Below are positions 1 through 14,038 of a stretch of DNA of 64,000 bases, piece by piece; the stretch's first letter is position 1, and every line of letters begins with the position of its first letter. The position numbers and the translations under genes were made by a program. The notes beneath the pieces are model-generated. The model worked only from the letters and a program-made list of their open reading frames with translations, was not told the DNA's origin and did no database searches. The stretch is from Leucoraja erinacea (Eukaryota): contig NC_073377.1 in NCBI RefSeq assembly GCF_028641065.1, positions 123,504,001 through 123,568,000 of the forward strand. Reading direction: 5' to 3'.

Positions 1-59
1 CTTCAATTGCACGCTGGGCACTTGTGTTTATATGAGATTAGAGCCCGGAGCTATCAATA

Positions 60-240
60 AACTCTTCCCACCAAGTGGCCAATCAGATTAAGTACTAATT
101 TATTTGGAAAGATTATTGATGGCGGGCAGGCCGGGGCATCCAATGGCAGTCTGTGCCCCACCCCTGAAGGTGCCGATTGGACAGCGCCCAGCAAACTCTC
201 TCTTCTTAACGCCCCGGCGCCCAGTGGCACCAGGAACATT
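60..240 (+). promoter_or_regulatory. Putative msx1 proximal promoter
   Basis: CCAAT at 79-83 and 140-144, ATTGG at 176-180, GC-rich boxes and GGCGCC (Smad1/5-type motif) at 216-221, just upstream of the CDS. No canonical TATA; the TSS cannot be determined. Confidence 0.55.
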
Positions 241-354
241 GACAATGTTTTGAGAAGCCCGGACTGCGGGCAGGCCCAGTACAATCAGGGGGCGCATCGC
301 ATCGCAACTTGTCTATTTTCTTGAATGCAACATCCGAAAAGGGATCGACTCTAT

Positions 355-778
355 ATGGCCCCTTGTTCTGCCATGAGTGCTTTGCAAGTGACAACTGGCG
401 GCGTGAAAATCGAAGAGCCCCGCTCCTTGAGTAAAGGGATACAGAGCACTGTGAAGCTGGCGGTGGAGGGAGAGATGGACAGACCCAAAGCTCCGCCTGC
501 GCCTCTCCCTTTCAGTGTCGAGGCGCTCATGTCTGACAGGAAACCCAGCAGGGACAGCTCCACATCGGACCTGCCGTTTGTCGGCCCCTCGCGGAACCTT
601 AGCCCTCGGACCGCTGGTTTATCGGCTCAGGAGACGCTACCCACATCCCTGCCGGTGAACACCTCCTACACAGTGGAAGGACTGTTAAAACTGTCCGAAG
701 ACGCACTTGTCAAATCGGAGAGCAGCGACCGACAAGATCGGGCGGCTTGGATACAAGACTCGCGCTTTTCTCCTCCCA
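355..778 (+). CDS. msx1: Homeobox protein Msx1, coding exon 1
   Basis: Starts MAPCSAMSALQ..GVKIEE, like the MSX1 N-terminus. Contains the eh1 motif LPFSVEALM and W-IQDSRFSPP. Ends at a phase-1 donor A|GTAAGT (778/779). Confidence 0.92.
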
Positions 779-1434
<656 letters not shown>

Positions 1435-1549
1435 ACGGAGTCGAGCGAAGAGAGAGAGAGACTTGAAATAACACACGCACGCATACACATCCTATTGACA
1501 CCCCCTCCCCTTCTTCCCCATCCATCTGCAATGATTCCTCATTGGGAAG

Positions 1550-1623
1550 GAGTTTGTGTACTATGTAATATACTGTATATTTGAAGTTTATCGTTTATAT
1601 TATGCATATATTTGTTAAATAAA
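1550..1623 (+). promoter_or_regulatory. msx1 distal 3'UTR and polyadenylation signal
   Basis: AT-rich block followed by AATAAA at 1618-1623 and a GT/T-rich stretch downstream. Confidence 0.75.
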
Positions 1624-4619
1624 TGTAAGTGTTTCAAGTAGCTTCTTCAGGTGATATTGTTTTATTTGAAATCAAATGTTAGGGCTGTTTCCATCTAAGA
1701 TCTAGGACACCCATCCATTCATTCTGACGTTTTATTTTCATTTAGTCCTTTAGGTTAAATAGCTTGTTTCACTACTTTTGGCCTAGAGGAACACCATCTC
1801 TCCTGGCGTGTATGTTCCTAAAACAGAAGTTCGGGCGATCTTGTTTCCACACTTTCTAAAACTGTTTTGAAACCAAAGTTGATTTAAATGCAGTAACATG
1901 TGTTTGGTCATGCCATTTCAAACCAATCGATTAGTAGTAGCCTTGTTCAAAACAACTGGCTGTTATTTTGCAGAACATTGAATAATGCCGTTCTGGAGTG
2001 CGTTTGTATCGTGTTCGAACTATCGTTATCAGAGTGCGAGGAAGTGAAATATCTGGTTGAAGAATATTTTAGCGGTGTTCTGTGGTTTTACAAAGAACTG
2101 GTGTGAAGAATTCGCCTGAAGATTTTATGCGATGCATCGTTTTACAGGGAGATTGTTGGGAGGAATTTTCGTGAATCGGTTTTTGCGGTGTTATGAGGGA
2201 CAACCTTTATTATAAAATAAAGAAATCTGGAATTTGAGGAAACAAACAAAATCAAACCCGCTTTTAAAGATAGTTTTGGCTAAATTATAATTGTTCACGT
2301 TGAGGCGGTTTTGTGCAAAGTGTTCGCATATTTGTTTTGTAATGACAAGCCGTCAACTTAGACAGCAAATGTAATTCTCAATTGAATTGGAGCGAGGAGC
2401 GTCTCTCCCCCACCCCAACCCCCCTTGAGCTTTCGTCCGTTGAAAGTAAAGCTTGATGTTTCCCAGTCAGTGTTCGTTCATGCAGAGACAAAGTTCGCTC
2501 CACCCTCCCCTAATGAGCAATCTTTATCTTCCGGTATTGTAGTATCTGAGAGTCCACCTATTCACCCATCCCACCTCTTTCTACTTTAACCTATCCCTAA
2601 GGAAAAACAAGTGACCAGGAAAAACAAGTTACTTTTGTTACTGTTGACCCTTCCGACTGCGTCTCGTGATTTAATCTTTAAGCGGTGGCTTTTTCCCCAC
2701 TCTCGTTGAGGGAAGTTATTGGCAAATAATTGCTGTAATGAAGGGAAAAACAAGTCCTCAGCAGGCGCATGGTGGCTCCAGTTTGACTGTGGCTGGGGGG
2801 CAAAGCGGAACCTTCTATCATTCCTAAAATTGGAATGACTTTTCCCCTGCACGAGAGGCTCAGTGGCGTTTCCTCAACGTTTGTGATCATTTCCGATCGC
2901 AATTAATGGGATTTAATGAAATCCTGCGACAGCAGAATTATTTCCGTCCTTGTAATGTAACGCAGTTTTAATTATACAAGTTAATTTACCTCGAGTGCAT
3001 TAGTACTGATGAAGTAGACTTCTTTTAAAAAATAAATTTTAAATGTCAACAGGTCTGTTAGTATAGGGCTTGTTTGGGATTATTGGGCATTGCAATGCAA
3101 AACAGCGACCCTGAACACTTCCCTCTTTACTTCAAGGGGCAAAAATCAAGAGCATGACCTCAAGTCGAGGTCCCAGTTATTGTTTAGGAACCTATTTTTC
3201 ACGGATGGCTGAGACAGTGAACCCCGTGTCGATCGCCCCCGCCGATTTTTAATATAAAACATCAATAGTGTTGGAGGTGACAGACACACGTCGAGGCCCT
3301 GTGCGGCTCCGCGCCAATCCGGCAGCCCTTTAGTCTTTCGCGGCGTTTCTTTTGATGTCAATATTCAATTTAAAGAGTTCACCGCGGCTCTCAATCATGG
3401 GCAGATGCCCGTGGAAGCGCGAAGGAAAACGTGACATTATCGCTCAGCCTTCACTTTTTACCCCCCGGGCTAGTCACTTCGCTCAATTACACCCCATATG
3501 CCAACAATTAATAAATAAGTAATGACAATAAGTTCGGAATCATACGGATGAGCGCTCCGGTTGAAAAGAAAATTCGCACAAAAGGCGAGAGATTTCCCGG
3601 TCTCCTTAGTGAGGGCATCGTTCTTTTATGTCTCTCCCCTTCCCGGGGTTAAACAGAAAACAAAAACATTTTTTGTTTCATTTTAAGTATCGCAACGGGT
3701 AGTTGGAAGTGAGATTCTGTGTTTGCCTTAAACAAAAGTGTGATGGCGCCAACCAGCCTGGCCAACAGACATTTAATAATGATTTGTTTTTCTTTAAAGC
3801 GCACGTTGACCAGCTCGTCCAACAAATACTCATAATAGCTGAACCCTACTTCTTTGCGAAGTGTCACGTTGTTTCATTCGTGTTGATTAACAATATATCA
3901 ATTTCATTTTAAAAACTTTTTTTTTCTCTAAAGACTGATCCGATTCTTTCAACGCCTATTTAATTTGCGCAATTTAAATAGTTCAACCGACTTCATTGTC
4001 GTTCTATTTTATTTTTAAGGCCACTTCATGTATTTTTTGGCGTTATTATGGCGTTACTACCTCTCAGGCCAGACCAGCGATTAAAGGGTTAACGCGCGGT
4101 TGTCTGAGCGAGGCCAAGAGGCTTTTGTAGCCCGTGAATTCAAAGGGCAGACATACTTAATCAAACTACAAAGGCCAGGTGGAGGTAAGATCAATCTCTT
4201 ATGTTTTGATCGATGGAGAAACAATTGTCTTTATTCCTTTCAACTCGGGGCACGTTCCCAGTCACAATAACCGACTCTTGTTTTCTTGAGTTATTTATAT
4301 ATAAATATATATTTGGAACTACAACTAATATATATATATATATATATATTTACATCAAGACTTGCACCAACTCACTTTCCAACTCACGCGCTACTAAAAT
4401 TGTACATTGTCAAGTGAGAGAGAGCTAAAAGAAACTAGTTGAAATTAACTAGAAAGATAGACCACGTCAAATGGGAATCCTCGAGCAACAGGTTCTTGTG
4501 AAGTGTTGGCTCTGTTCGCCGCTCGCCTCACACAGCTCATCCCCAATAAATATTGTCTTGTCATTACATATTTAAAGAAAAATATAACTTCATAACAAAT
4601 ATAGGATAAATATCGACAC

Positions 4620-4980
4620 GAGGCACTGAAGTAGGGTCCCGAACCGAAACTTCGTCATATTAATGCCCCCTAAAGATGCTGTCTGACCTGCTGAGTTACT
4701 CCAGCACTTTGTGTGTTTTGTTTTAAGGTGAATATCTCTGGTTTTATTTGCCTTATTAGTTGTAGTTCCATATTGTATCCTCCCGTAAGATGCGGAATTT
4801 AATGCGATTCGAGGGAACTTATTCTTGAATAAACTTAGAAATAATTTAAACTGAGACTCGAAGTGCTGATGCTATAATCTTGAGTAAAACACAAAGTGCT
4901 GGAGTAACTCAAAGGGTCAGGGAGCATCTCCGGATGACATGGATTAACGACGTTTCGGGTCGGGTCCCTACTTCTGGCTC
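4620..4980. mobile_element. Two inverted Penelope-like terminal-repeat fragments with decayed hammerhead-like motifs
   Basis: CTGAAGTAGGGTCCCGAACCGAAAC at 4626 (+), followed by GATGCTG..CTGAGTTACTCCAGCACTTTGTG; an antisense copy lies at ~4860-4977. Confidence 0.65.
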
Positions 4981-7750
4981 ATTTTAGTTATGCGGATAAT
5001 TTATAATTCTCCGAAAATCTGAACTATTTTACATCATTTAAAAAATGTAAATATTTAATCAGCAATCGATTTGCCACTCCGTGGGTTAGCTGGGTTTTTA
5101 TTACAAACATTTAGTTTAGTGATGGAAGTGGGAAATAGTCAGCGAATCCTGTTTGTTTGAATATTCCTTCAAATGCGTTTAGAAGAATCCCAGTACCCAA
5201 TCATCGCGCCAAAACAAATTCAATAACTTTTCCGCTCTCTCTTGATTTACTGCCATATTCTTTACCAACATCTTCAGCTTCTGAATTTATGTGCATATTT
5301 TCCAACAAATATAAATGTCTTTGCTTGAATGGTTATTTTGAATGTTTACAGTATTGCCCCCAGAATCTCTTGAAGCTAAATTTATAATGAGATCTATAAA
5401 TCGACATCATCACTGCTGAAGAGACAGAAGTCTCCAATCACCAAAGATGGAAACATTGACCTTGGAAATGACTAAAAGAACCAGTCAGAACACAAGTATT
5501 TAAAATATCAATCATGTTTGTATACTGCAATTAACTTTTAACAAACGGGAGGGACATTTTAATAGTTGTTCGCCGGGCTTGGGGTAGATTTTATTTTAAA
5601 CCACGAAGGGTTTGCGATAACCGTTTTTAATAAAAATAAGATATTTAATTACATTGCGGCACTTTAAAAAAAAATATCGAAGTATATATATATAAAACGC
5701 GATCGTAACATAAATGGTAAATTAAGCAGCACTTCTGAAATAGTTCTCTTGTTTTTTTCTGTGGTATACGGTTATGCCAATCTAGTTTACGTGAAAATGA
5801 AATCGGGACTCGACTGGGCACATATGTTATCGGAGAATTTTAAGATTGTTGTTAATGCTTTCTTCTTCGTACGATGCAAAAGTGCACGATTTTTTAGTTG
5901 CAATGAAAATTCTACCAAATTCAACTCCAGTTTCCAGCAGATTTATGTAACGTGTCATATTACCTTGTAAACTTGGTCCACGTCAAATAAGCCATAACGA
6001 AGTTTATTTTGTGTGTCATTTATTGTACCACAGTAAACGTGAGCAAAGCCCGTATAAAAGAGAAAAGACAGAAGCTTCGGCGAACACGATTGCTCAAAAG
6101 GGAAAAGCATATTTTATCATTGTTTCTCAATAACCCATTTCGGGCTGTATTAAAGAATATGTCGCATAAGTTCGTATGATTGGAAGGACGTGGGTAGGAG
6201 TCTTTTTGTATCGCATGAAACAATCTACGATTTTAAACACTCGGGTGTCATTTGTTTAACACATTAGATCTGGAGGTGTCTACATGTAACTTCACATATT
6301 TTTTTCATAGCCTTACCTACCTTGTAGGTATTTGCCGCAATTTACAATCAATCTCAACGTTTTCTCTTTATTCATCATGTTTTTCCTTAAGCATGTTAAA
6401 ACGTGTGGTATTAAAAACAGATTTCTTAACTTCTCTTAAATCATATTTTCTCTGTGTCTTGTGATCAGGAATAATGTTGAAATGCTTCCTGTGAACTTCC
6501 AAAGCTAAAACTGTGGCTACTCAAAGAAAAGCAAACTGCCGTTGTATATATGAGCCCGATAAATATATATACATATATGTAACCTTTGGAAACCATTTCA
6601 ATCATAAAGAAAATGCTGAACATTTGCTTTCAATATCATCCATAAAAATATTCTAAAGTTGGAACCGTTAACCCTTTGGTATTGCTCAGGCGAAGTTTGG
6701 AGAGTTCTTGCACCCTCTGCAGTTTGTTGGGAGAATCTGCCAATTATCAACACAAACCTACTCGATTAAGTGCATCTTTCCTCGAACATTGGATTTTAAA
6801 GACTAACACTTTATCCCTAAATACTGCACACGCGTCCAATAAATTATCATCATTTGTCGCAGAAACGTTCAGAAAAGATATCTCACATGTTCCTAACCGC
6901 CATAGCTGTCCGTAAGTTTTTTTTTAATAGCCAAGAATAATGTGCTAGCCGTTAAAGAGCAAGACTTGATAATGGGAAGAGACTTTTAATTACCTTTTCC
7001 TGAACAGTTGTATTACATAAAATCGATTTGCATTAATAATGAGTTCATCAAAGTTCACTACATAGTAAATTTTATAGTAAATATGTAACTGCTGGTTTTC
7101 AAGAAAATATAGCTGCATGCATCCCATAATTAAGGCACACAGCCACACAAATTATATCCATAATGTATTATGCAAATACTTGCATTTAGATACTTGAGTA
7201 TAATATAAAACATTTAACTTTATACATATTGGAGGAATTGGTGTTCATGTGTATGTAGCTAGATAATCACTGTCAGTCTTATTATTGCTGAACTGGCTGA
7301 CAGAAATTAAGTTGCCTTGGCACATTATGTATTATTTATACATAAACACTGCATGCTGGTGTGGGGCAAAGAACAAAATAATCTCATGCAAATTAAGCCA
7401 ACGGTAAACCTTTATCTGAAATGTTTGTGTATTGGGATATATTATGTGTGACCTTTGCAGTTACATTTTATTTTTTTTAATTGCTGCTTTGCAGAAATAG
7501 TTCTCTACAACTGTCCATTGGTCTGTAACTTGTAGTTGACTTTCAAATCTCTGATTAGACAAGAGGAGACTTTCTATGACTTGCAAAACATACATAGCCT
7601 TTACACAGAGTATTTGGAACAGTTACATACAACATATTTATGAAACTACTGAGTGGCAGAAGCATCAGTATTTCATATCATCAAAAGATTATAGTCTTTT
7701 ATACAGTTATACATATATATTAAGTTATAGTTATTTTGCTGTAAGCCACA

Positions 7751-8083
7751 TGGGGCGGCACAGTAGTGCAGCAATAGAGTTGCTGCCTTACCGTGCCAGA
7801 AATGCATGTTCGATCCTGACAATGGGTGCTGTCTGTACGGAGATTGTATGTTCTCCTTGTGACCGCATGGGTTTTCTCCAGGAGCAATGATTTTCTCCCC
7901 ACACTCCAAAGACATACAGAACGTGTTGGTTAATTAATATGTAGGGTAATTGGCTACTTTCAATTTGTAAATTGCTCCTAGTGTGTAGGATAGTGCTAGT
8001 GTGAATGGGATGATTGCTGGTCGGCGCTGACTTGGTGGGCTGAAGGGCCTGCTTCCACACTGTATCTCTAAAGTCTGAAGTCT
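7751..8083 (+). mobile_element. tRNA-derived V-SINE (HE1-like)
   Basis: tRNA-like head with B box GTTCGATCC, central V-domain-like GCTGTCTGTACGGAG..TTCTCC..CCCACACTCCAAAGAC, and CR1-like tail GGGCTGAAGGGCCTG..TGTATCTCTAAAGTCT. Confidence 0.8.
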
Positions 8084-8214
8084 AAGAAAACACAATATGC
8101 TTTTCTGTTTAATGCAATAATTCAAAGTTACATTTTGATCAAAAACATTTGTGCACTAGGATGTATTGAGTTGTCTTTGCTGTTGCATGGTTTCTTCTTA
8201 AGGGTCAGGCAAGG

Positions 8215-8525
8215 GTCCAGAATTAGGGGTCACGGTTCAAGGATAAGTCTTTTAGGACGGAGATGAGAAAATCATTTTTTACACAGAGAGTGGTGAATCT
8301 GTGGAATTCTGTGCCACAGAAGGTAGTTGAGGCCAGTTCATTGGCTCTATTTAAGAAGGAGTTAGATGTGGCCCTTGTGGCTAAATTGATCAGGAGGTAT
8401 GGAGAGAAGGCAGGTACAGGATACTGAGTTGGATGATCAGCCATGATCATATTGAATGGTGGTGCAGGCTCGAAGGGCCGAATGGCCTACTCCTGCACCT
8501 ATTTTCTATGTTTCTATGTTTCTAA
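8215..8525 (+). mobile_element. CR1 LINE 3' end
   Basis: Encodes ..FFTQRVVNLWNSVP.., followed by a 3'UTR with GGGCCGAATGGCCTACTCCTGC and a (TTTCTATG)n tail. Confidence 0.8.
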
Positions 8526-9299
8526 CAGATGAACCACTTGAGTATATTTGTTGCATCACTACTGTGCTTGCTGATTGACTCCTGCATTGACAAAAATTCC
8601 CTTTTTACGTTGTCATTTTTGTTCTTAAATCTCTCTGTGGCCTCACCTCTCACCTCACCCTAATTATATAATATCCACAAGAAACCTGAAAGCTTAATTT
8701 CTGTAACCACCTAAGAAATAAATCACACCATTATTCGACACTGTTCACTCAGCTGGTGAAGGCCTAAGTTTTAGAATTCCTTCCTATATCTGCAACTCGG
8801 CCTATGTCCTATGTGTTATCATCTTTTTCAAAATCTGCCTCTGATGATTCATTTCATATTTTATTTTTACATGACATAAAAGAGGCTATTTAGCTCATTG
8901 AATTATGCTGAGTCCCAGCACTTCCCATCATTTCCATTCCCCTATTTATTTCTCTGTAATGTATTCTCTCCCACACACCCAGTGATATCCCTCCTATTCT
9001 TTTGCTATCCACCTGCACTAAGGGTAATTTGCAGTCAACATTACCCACCATCCAGCCTGTCGTTGCGATATGGAAGGAAACCACAGCAAATCCAGAGGGA
9101 GAACGCAACACACAGACGATAGTGGAAGTCAAAACCAAATCCCATCCATTGAAGCTGTGAGATACCTATGTGCCACCATATACAGTAGCTCTTTTCATCA
9201 TCATCATATTCATGATGCTTTGAGTTAAATTTAATTGATTATGCTTTCATTAAGTCCTGAAGGAAACATTGTTATTGTTAAAGATGTAATATAAATGCT

Positions 9300-10388
9300 G
9301 GGTATCACACAATGGGTCCTGGATTTTCTCACCACCAGATCCCAGGTAGTCAAGATGGGAGGAAATACATCGAAGTCCCTCACGCTGAGCACAGGATCCC
9401 CCCAGGGTTGCGTCCTCAGCCCCCTACTGTACTCTCTGTACACACATGACTGTGTGGCTAGGTTCAGCTCCAACTATAATCGAGTTGGCTGATGACACTG
9501 TGGTGGTGGGCCTGATCTCAGTCAATGATGAGAAGGCCTACCGGGAGGAGGTGACTGATCTGGCACTCTGGTGTCAGGCCAACAATCTCCTCTTGAATAT
9601 CAAAAAAACTAAGGAGCTGATCGTGGACTTTAGGAAGGCACATCATCCGAGGACATACACACCATTGAAGATAAATGGGCATACTGTGGATAGGGTGAGC
9701 TGCTTTAAATACCTGGGAGTCCACATCTCAGAGGATCTGACATGGACATCACATGCTGCCGCACTGGTGAGTAAGGCAAGGCATCGCCTTTACCACCTCA
9801 GGCAATTGAGGAAATTTAGAGTGTCTCTGAGGATCCTCCAGTGCATCTACTCAGCGGCTGTGGAAAGCATCTTGTCCGGAAACATCACAATTTGGTTTGG
9901 GAACTGCTCTGCCCAGGACAAGAAGGCTCTGCAGAGATTAGTGCGTTCGGCCGAACACACTATGGGAACTACACTCGCCCCCTGCAGGAACTATACATCA
10001 GAAGGTGCAACTCCAGAACCAACAAGATCATGGGAGACCCCTTCCACCCCAGCAATGGACTGTTCCAGCTGCTATGGTCAGGCAAACACCTCCGTTGCCT
10101 TGCTGTGAGAACAGAGAGGATGAGAAGGAGTTTCTTCCCAGAGGCCATTAGGACTGTAAACTCCTATCTCACCAGGGACTAACTTACCGTACCAATTTAC
10201 TGTTGTGTGATGTCTTTTTAAAATTGCTGTTTTTTTCTTTTTTTTCCTCCCACAAATATGTAATATGTGAATATGTTCCATTCTGTTTTTTTTTTTTTTT
10301 GCACAATCCGCAAGCATTGCCACTTTTCATTTCACTGCACATCTCGTATGTGTATGTGACGAATAAACTTGATGACTTGACTTGACTG
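9300..10388 (+). mobile_element. Rex1/Babar LINE, 5'-truncated RT and 3' end
   Basis: LSTGSPQGCVLSPLLYSLYTHDC, ADDT, FKYLGVHI and YSAAVESIL motifs across frameshifts; AATAAA then a (GACTT)n tail. Confidence 0.85.
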
Positions 10389-10815
10389 GAATCATGTGGA
10401 GACTTTGGAGAGGGTGTAGAGGAGGCATGAGAATACTGCCTGGATTAGAGGGTATTAGTCATAAGGAGAGGTTGGACAAACTTGTGTGCTCTGGATTGTG
10501 TCATATGTTATGAGCGAAGTATATAAAATTATGAGAAACCTTTCCCCCAAAGTCTACAAGACATATTTTTAAGGTGAAAGGGGCAAAATGTAATGGTGAT
10601 ATGTGGGCAAGTTTTTAAGTGATGGGTGCCTGGAACATGCTGCCAGGGGTGGTGGAAGTGGCAAATGTGAAAGTGGCATTTGTGGCTTTCAGATGGACTC
10701 ATGGATATGCAGAGATTCAATCATGTGCAGGTTGAACGAGTTTGGTTTAATCTGACATCATGTTGGCATGGACGTTGTGGGCCGAAGGGCCTGTTTGTGT
10801 GCTGTTATGTTCTAT
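10389..10815 (+). mobile_element. Degenerate CR1 LINE 3' fragment
   Basis: Decayed LERV..LPGLEG..Y.ERL..L coding remnant and a GGGCCGAAGGGCCTG tail. Confidence 0.65.
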
Positions 10816-11648
10816 TCCAATGTGCGTGAAAACATGAGTAAATTAATAGGCCAAAATTGAAAACGATGTTTATGATGTCGAATTATTATTATTTTCTAGC
10901 GGTACAGTTTGTAACATTTCCATCTGATTTTCATTAATCATCTCTAACACTTGCCTGTTGACTGTTCTTCACGCATTAGAGCACACCCTCAGATGCCCAT
11001 AATCTCCATTTCATCTATTTATGCATGGACAATTTAAACTGGCTGTTGAATCTACAAATGTATTGCCCTCTGGGTGAAACCGTTCCTCTTGTCTTCTTAT
11101 TTTTACAGTTATTATCTGAATTGTTAACTTAGATTTGTTCCCATTCCCCCTTAGGTAGGAAACTTCAATTTTCTATCCAAAGGAAATCAACGCTAGTTCT
11201 CTCCACGTTCCTCTTGAATGTTGATACCTTCATAACGACTAACTTCCGTAATTCAGTAAATTAGAAATGCACAATTTACCTCTGGTGACTTCTGTGCAAT
11301 TTCTAGAACCGTAACCGTAAAGAATCTTTAACGTGTTCTCTTTTTTTAAAACAATATTTCAATGAAGTCGCCCAGTCTCAACAATGGATGCTAGTATCCG
11401 TCATGAGTTCAGGGTACTTGTGCTGTGAGAAATAGCGGTTCATTTTAATATCCCGATACCACAGCGAATATTACGCAGGCGAATAATTGCGCAGGCCAAT
11501 AATAACATCAACATTTACTGTGAATCCTCAGTGGTTCGACTGCTTCTGTGGAGAGAAAAAGAGTTGGCATTTGAGGTCCATGACATTTGCTTTTGTATTG
11601 CCGACATGCGCTCTCTCATCTTCATAGCAGAACACTTCATTCATTATC

Positions 11649-11826
11649 AATGTGGAAAAGGGAACTACAGATGCTGGTTTATACCGAAGATGGATACAAA
11701 TGGTTGGAGTAACTCAGCAGCATCGGGACCCTTCCTGAGAGCCTGAAGAAGGGTCTCGACCCAAAATCCTTTTTCTCCAGAGATGTTGCCTGACCTGCTG
11801 AGATATCCCAACACGTTGTGTCTAAC
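11649..11826 (-). mobile_element. Miniature fold-back Penelope-derived element
   Basis: Inverted arms; CTGAAGAAGGGTCTCGACCC at 11743; direct repeat TTCATTATC at 11640-11648 and 11827-11835. Confidence 0.7.
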
Positions 11827-13316
11827 TTCATTATCTTTTCCCCGTCGAAAACTACAGAATAGAAACTTTATTTTTGATTTATTTAATTTGAATCTATTCG
11901 AAATCTTGAACTTATCCTTAAAACGTATTTAAAAGTTAATGTAGGGTGGGTCATTTTGTCTCTGCTAATCACGTACGCAACTTTGCGATTTAACAGCGTT
12001 CATTTACAAGACACTCGATCTGTAACATTCCTGTGTTTTTCTCCCTCGGGGATCATTGATCCATAGATGGCCTTTAAATTTGGAACTGTGCCAACACACG
12101 GCGTGTCCTGATCCGTTATTCCCGTGTATACTTTACAACATATATGTAACATCTATAGGTGTTTCTCCAACGATTGTAAGTCAAACGACCTTTTGCACAA
12201 ATGGGGAAGATTCTTCATACGTTTTAACCGAACTTTTCGTCCACTAGGATTTACAAGTAATTCGGTCTCTGTATCAAATTTATTTCTGACGTAATTAAGG
12301 CAGTTCTGGGGCATCTATTACATTACAAAATGTAACATTTCGGCGTTGTCGTAAATGGATCGGCCTGAGCAACTGAGCCAGAGAACGATTAAATCTAACA
12401 AAATGACTGACAGTCCGTGATAAATCGTGAAAACATTTCCATAAGACTTCGCTGACAGTAAAGTATCCTACTCTGAAGGGACTGCAAAACTAAATGCAAT
12501 TGTCTTTCTCACCTGAGGTAAATACACGTGGGATTGTTCCCTGGACGGAGATGCTTCCATTCTCGGTGATCCCCTGTCCCTGGCTCGCGTTTCCTCTCAC
12601 TTCTGTGTTTGTCACTTGTATTTATTCATATTCAGATCTTTTTATTCTCATCCGCAATAACTCGTAACCCTGTCCCTCATGCGAGCGTGTACATGTGTTT
12701 CTACCATCCCCCCACCACCCTTCTACCTGTTATTACCCCACCCCCACCCCCCGTGAGGACGTAAGTAATCAAATAGTCGAAACTATCAAAGATTACTGTA
12801 AATACAATTGAAATAAAACAGAACCAGACGTAGCCTCGCATGGGGGACATTTCCTACTTCTTGTCCCCAGCCTGTCTCAATCTCGCTGGGCAGCGCTCTG
12901 ATGTTTAAAATATATTTCCAGATATGTTTTACTGAGCCCAGAAGCGGCGATCCCACCCCCACTCCCCCCTCCTTTTCCGAGAATGTCCAAAGCACTGTAT
13001 CTCAACGTTTGATGAACAAAGTGGAATATTGGTGCCGGTTTAATATTACAGTATGATCTGGTAGGATTCTCTCTCTGGGCTAATCCGATCACGGTACATC
13101 TGTTGTCAATTGTTCTATCGATAGATGTGAACTCCAAAAGTACACTGCCGCAGGATTGCCCGAAATTCGACCCCGTGGTGTATCAATGATCGGACATACG
13201 GTCCACATAAATCACCCCCTTGCACATTCACGACACGTGTACCGACTCGAACAGAAAGCGCATTCGGTGTAAACTCTTCAACATTTTGCATCGGGTTACC
13301 CGATGATTACTTTGCT

Positions 13317-13352
<36 letters not shown>

Positions 13353-13359
13353 GTGTGTG
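13317..13359. repeat. Compound microsatellite (TGC)n(TG)n
   Basis: Read directly from the sequence. Confidence 0.95.
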
Positions 13360-13367
13360 ACATGTAG

Positions 13368-13785
13368 TCTAGTTTGGTTTCCTTTAGAGATACAGCATGG
13401 AAACAGGCCCTTCTGCCCCCCAAGTTCACGCCGACCGTCTTTGGGATTGGTGTGAAGAATTCCAAATAGGTTTCAAAGGGATTATTGAAGCAGCCGACAT
13501 CACCTTTTTTTAACGTGGAGGAGGGAACTGCAGATTCTGATTTATATCGGTTCTTGTCCACTTCCGACACACTCGGGGCATTTTTTTTTTTGCAGAGGTC
13601 AATTAACCCACAAACTCGCACGTCTTTGAAATGTGGGAGAAAACCAGAGCACCCGAAGGAAACCCATGCGGTCACAGAGAGAACGTGCAAACTCCACACA
13701 GACAGCGACCAAGGTCAGGATCGAACCCACGTCTCAGGCGCTGCGAGGCAGCTGTTCCACCAGCTGCTCCATTGTGCCTCCGTTT
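13368..13785 (-). mobile_element. V-SINE (HE1-like), interrupted at ~13440-13590
   Basis: Antisense tail (TTTAGAGATACAGCATGGAAACAGGCCC) at ~13383, and antisense V-domain and head (GGATCGAACCC) at 13590-13785. Confidence 0.7.
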
Positions 13786-14038
13786 TGCAACTATAAGGAA
13801 CATTTTTGCACATTCTAAGATGCATCTCAGCCGCTACAGATTCCGACCAGTTGGAGGTTTGCTGTGACTGCAGATGAAACGATGCGACAGGACAAATAGT
13901 ACGGATCTCCAAGATGGAAAGCACGTGTCTTTGTTTACTATTTAAAAAGAAAATCTAGATTCCCTTTTCGATTTAACGCAGCGAATAAATCCCCGTCAGC
14001 CCTATGTACTCGCTGCAAATATTTGTTATAGTCTAGAG

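Noticed and set aside
3341-3358. TCF/LEF site
   Set aside because: The sequence is CTTTTGATG (four T), not the canonical CTTTGA(T/A).
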